Positions 60,733 through 64,000 of a DNA stretch of 64,000 nucleotides are shown here, one piece after another. The position numbers and the translations under genes are program-made. Under the pieces are notes generated by a model. It was not told the DNA's origin, did not search any database, and was given only the letters and a program-made list of their open reading frames with translations. Origin of the DNA: Mobula hypostoma (taxonomy: Eukaryota); assembly GCF_963921235.1 (NCBI RefSeq), contig NC_086097.1, positions 241,988,001 through 242,052,000 of the forward strand, given 5' to 3'. Numbering within the stretch: position 1 is the stretch's first letter; the number at the start of each line of letters is the position of its first letter.

Positions 60733-61200
60733 AGAAGGTTTACAAGGATATTGCCAGGACTTGAGAAACTCAGTTACAGGGAAAGGTTGAATAGGTTAGG
60801 ACTTTATTCCCTGGAGCGTAGAAGAATGAGGGGAGATTTGATAGAGGTATATAAAATTATGATGGGTATAGATAGAGTGAATGCAAGCAGGCTTTTTCCA
60901 CTGAGGCAAGGGGAGAAAAAAACCAGAGGACATGGGTTAAGGGTGAGGGGGGAAAAGTTTAAAGGGAACATTAGGGGGGGGCTTCTTCACACAGAGTGGT
61001 GGGAGTATGGAATGAGGTGCCAGACGAGGTGGTAAATGCGGGTTCTTTTTTAACATTTAAGAATAAATTGGACAGATACATGGATGGGAGGTGTATGGAG
61101 GGATATGGTCCGTGTGCAGGTCAGTGGGACCAGGCAGAAAATGGTTCGGCACAGCCAAGAAGAGCCAAAAGGCCTGTTTCTGTGCTGTAGGGTTTCTATA
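60733..61200 (+). mobile_element. CR1 LINE 3' fragment
   Basis: RRFTRILPGLEKLSYRERLNRLGLYSLERRRMRGDLIEVYK motif and 3' hairpin tail. Confidence 0.88.
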
Positions 61201-61639
61201 GAGAGAAAAAAGGAGTTGTATTAAGGTTATGTATGTCTATTGAATAGTTAACTTAAACTAAGTAGTGCAAAATAGCGGAAATTAAAAAAGTAGCGCGGTA
61301 GTTTAGAAATCAGATGGCAGAGGGGAGGAAGCTGTTCCTGAATCGCTGAGTGTGTGCTCCTTCCTTACAGTGTAAAGCGGGCATATCCTGGATGGTAGGG
61401 ATCCTTAATAATGGAGGCCACCTTTCACTCCTTGAAGATGTTTTGGATACTGTGGAGGCTGGTGCCCATGATAGAGCTGACTAATTTTACACATTTCTGC
61501 AACTTATTTTGATCTTGTGCAGTACTCTTTACCCCTGCGCCCCCATACCAGACAGTGATGCAGCCAGACAGGATGCTCTCCATGGTACATTTGTAGAAGC
61601 TATCGTGTATCAGTTGTAAGTGTATCCTTAATTTCCAAA

Positions 61640-64000
61640 TAAAATCCTCCTTTAAGACTTGCACCTTCATGCGTATGTTCTTTTGTAAATTTTTACTTCC
61701 TGTGAATTGTGTTTGCTGTCTCTTCTGAAGTTAGGAAGTTATTGTTTTTGATCTCCGTTATTTTCAGTGCTTGCTGCTTGACACATTTTCAGCCTCTTGT
61801 TGCATTTTGACTATGTTGTATTGATGTTTTGAAACTTTTAAACCATCTCAATTTCAGACTCCAACTCTCACTCAAGGTTTCCAGCACACACTGAAAAGTT
61901 CTTTCATTCTCTCCAAACAGCAGAAGCCTTGTAGACATTGCACCTTTGTCCAAGACTTGTGCACACTTATCCACTGCAGGACCATCTAATTTGAATATGC
62001 CATCTTGGCGAATGTTTCCATTAATATTGGTGGTTTTCTCAGAAACCAAATTACATACCTAGCTTCTGAACAGCACTATTGCCATTGCTTCAAAGAAAAA
62101 CACAAATTGTTCAAAATGGGACAGCTTTCCATGCCCTTCTCCTTGGCAATGTGCATGTATTCAGTGGGGCTTATTCTGTCGCCTTTTTAAAAAAAAACAT
62201 TCACAATGGTAATCTGAGGCTGGATGACACCCATAACATCTTTTACACTCTCAACCTTTCTGCTTCTGGCATCCACAGAACTTGTAGGTTTCTGGCCAAA
62301 CTCATTTTATTACCAACAGACTTGGCTATGAAAGAATCAACTCATTTGTGGTCACTTTGTTGGTCACCATCGTGGGCAGTTTTGGGCCCCTTGTCTAAGA
62401 AAGGATGTGCTGACATTGGAGGGGGTTCAATTGATTCTGGGATTGAAGGGCTTGTCATGTGAGGAGAGTTTGATGGCTCTGGGCCTCTACTCACTGGAAT
62501 TCAGAAGAATGAAGGGGACCTAATTTAAACCTATCAAATGTTGAAAGGCCTAGATAGAATGGGTGGAGAGGATGTTTCCAATAGTTAGGGAGTCTAAGAT
62601 CAGAATGCACAGCCTCAGAATTGAGGGCATCCTTTTAGAATGGAGATTAGGAATTTCTTTAGCCAGAAAGTACTGAATCTGTGGAATTTGTTGCCACAGA
62701 TAGCTGTGGATGCCAAGTCATTGGGTATATTTAGGTAGAGGTTCATAGAGTCTTGATTAGTCAGGGCATGAAGGGATTTATGGGGAAGGCAGGAGATTGT
62801 GGCTGAGAGGGGAAAATGGATCAGTAATGATCAGTAATGGAGCAGACTTGATGAGCTAAATGGCCTAATTCTGCTCCTATATCTTATGGTCTGTGTGCTT
62901 TTTTTCCTGTCTGCACCTTATCATAGCTGGGTCAAGTCTTGCTTTTCATTGCCATTTCTGCACTAGTCTATATCCTTGTATATAAAAGTTTTATCTAAAT
63001 TCCCTTTTTCCTAGATTGTAGTTATTCAAAATCTATAACAGTCTGAAAATAGCATATTTTCCCAGTATCTTTAGCCTTACCATATATTTGCCAAGCATCT
63101 TTTCTGGTCCTTGATTGCGCACTCCAAATATGTAGCTCATAAGATCTTTAAAGGTCCTGATTATTTAAAATGTCCTTTCAATGTTTTTACAATTCCTTGT
63201 AAGATGCTTTTCTTTCATTGTGCAAGTAAATTTGTCAATCTGTTCTTGGTTTATTGTCCTCTGTGCCCAGACATTTGCTCTCAGAATATTTCCATACATG
63301 TACAGAGCAAAAAGCTAAGTCCTTATGTAATCCTCAAGCACACCAATGTCACTGCATGTATGCTGCCTGCCATTATCACAGCTGCACCACAATTTGTCTA
63401 ACACTTAATTATTGACTTCTAGTTTAAGTAGCAACATTCTGAACTCATGCAGTGCCTATTTATTCAGTGTGTTGTACAGAAAGGTAAGCAAAAGAACCAC
63501 CAATTGTATAATTCTTATATAAGATAGTTAACACTCAATTGGTAAGAGCTGATACAACATCACATTAAAAAGTCTACCACGTGGTGTACGTCATTCTTGA
63601 TGGTACTTGTGTACCGGTAAACAACAAATTTCTGCTACATTTCGAAATTTGCATTGCAAGCATTTACCATCTAACTGATTAGAGCCAGCCATTTCTTTTA
63701 TGTTGCTTTTATTTTGTAGGATTTCTGGTGGAAGAATTAATTTAGAAAAATGTATGATGCGTTTCCAATTCCTCATTTTCTGAATTATAATTCTCAAGTG
63801 TTATAGTTGAATCTGAATAAACCTCGGGAACCAGCTTCTTATATTTACCACAGTTTATTGTGCACCCTCCTGTAGGAGTTTGAGACCCAGTTGTCAAAGG
63901 GAAGGCACATAAGTACTGCCACCATCGGACAAGTGGGCCTCCTCCCTCAGCCGTATATTTATACATAGTAAGCACCATACATTACTGTTGCAAGATGTTA
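61640..64000 (-). mobile_element. Possible ancient Ty3/Gypsy remnant (gag-like pieces; putative LTR from 63505 to beyond the window end), interrupted by a CR1
   Basis: Minus strand LKGHF...YIFGVRNQGPE..GKYMVRLK near 63065-63190 resembles gypsy Gag. Cys/His-rich remnant near 62200-62290. ...TACA followed by ATTGGTG resembles an LTR/PBS junction at 63505. Confidence 0.35.
62355..62893 (+). mobile_element. Degraded CR1 3' fragment
   Basis: LGLYSLEFRRMKGDL motif and ...GCTCCTATATCTTATGGTCT tail. Confidence 0.8.

Overview
Repeat-rich vertebrate genomic DNA. The CR1/Rex-Babar/V-SINE/Penelope repeat landscape suggests a cartilaginous fish, probably a ray (inference). There are two host genes. (1) The 5' part of the cohesin kleisin gene rad21 on the minus strand: four coding exons with GT-AG boundaries at 12323-12466, 11455-11584, 10203-10302 and 4324-4430, plus a probable non-coding first exon and CpG-island promoter near 46376-46550. 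(2) The first coding exon of a divergently transcribed BEND5-like gene at 59492-59714. Most of the remaining recognisable sequence is transposable elements: a near full-length young CR1 LINE interrupted by a solo LTR, many CR1, Rex/Babar and RTE fragments, a deleted Helitron, hAT and Tigger non-autonomous elements, tRNA-derived SINEs and Penelope-derived pieces. The most notable observations are: a U-UUA-AAC -1 frameshift heptamer at the CR1 ORF1/ORF2 junction, echoed in a second CR1 family, where ORF2 has no usable AUG; a family of tiny TSD-flanked fold-back inserts carrying minimal hammerhead ribozymes; a BEND5-like gene in an unexpected neighbourhood; and a CRE-rich minisatellite abutting the rad21 promoter. 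Coordinates were counted by hand, and the ends of degraded repeats are approximate.
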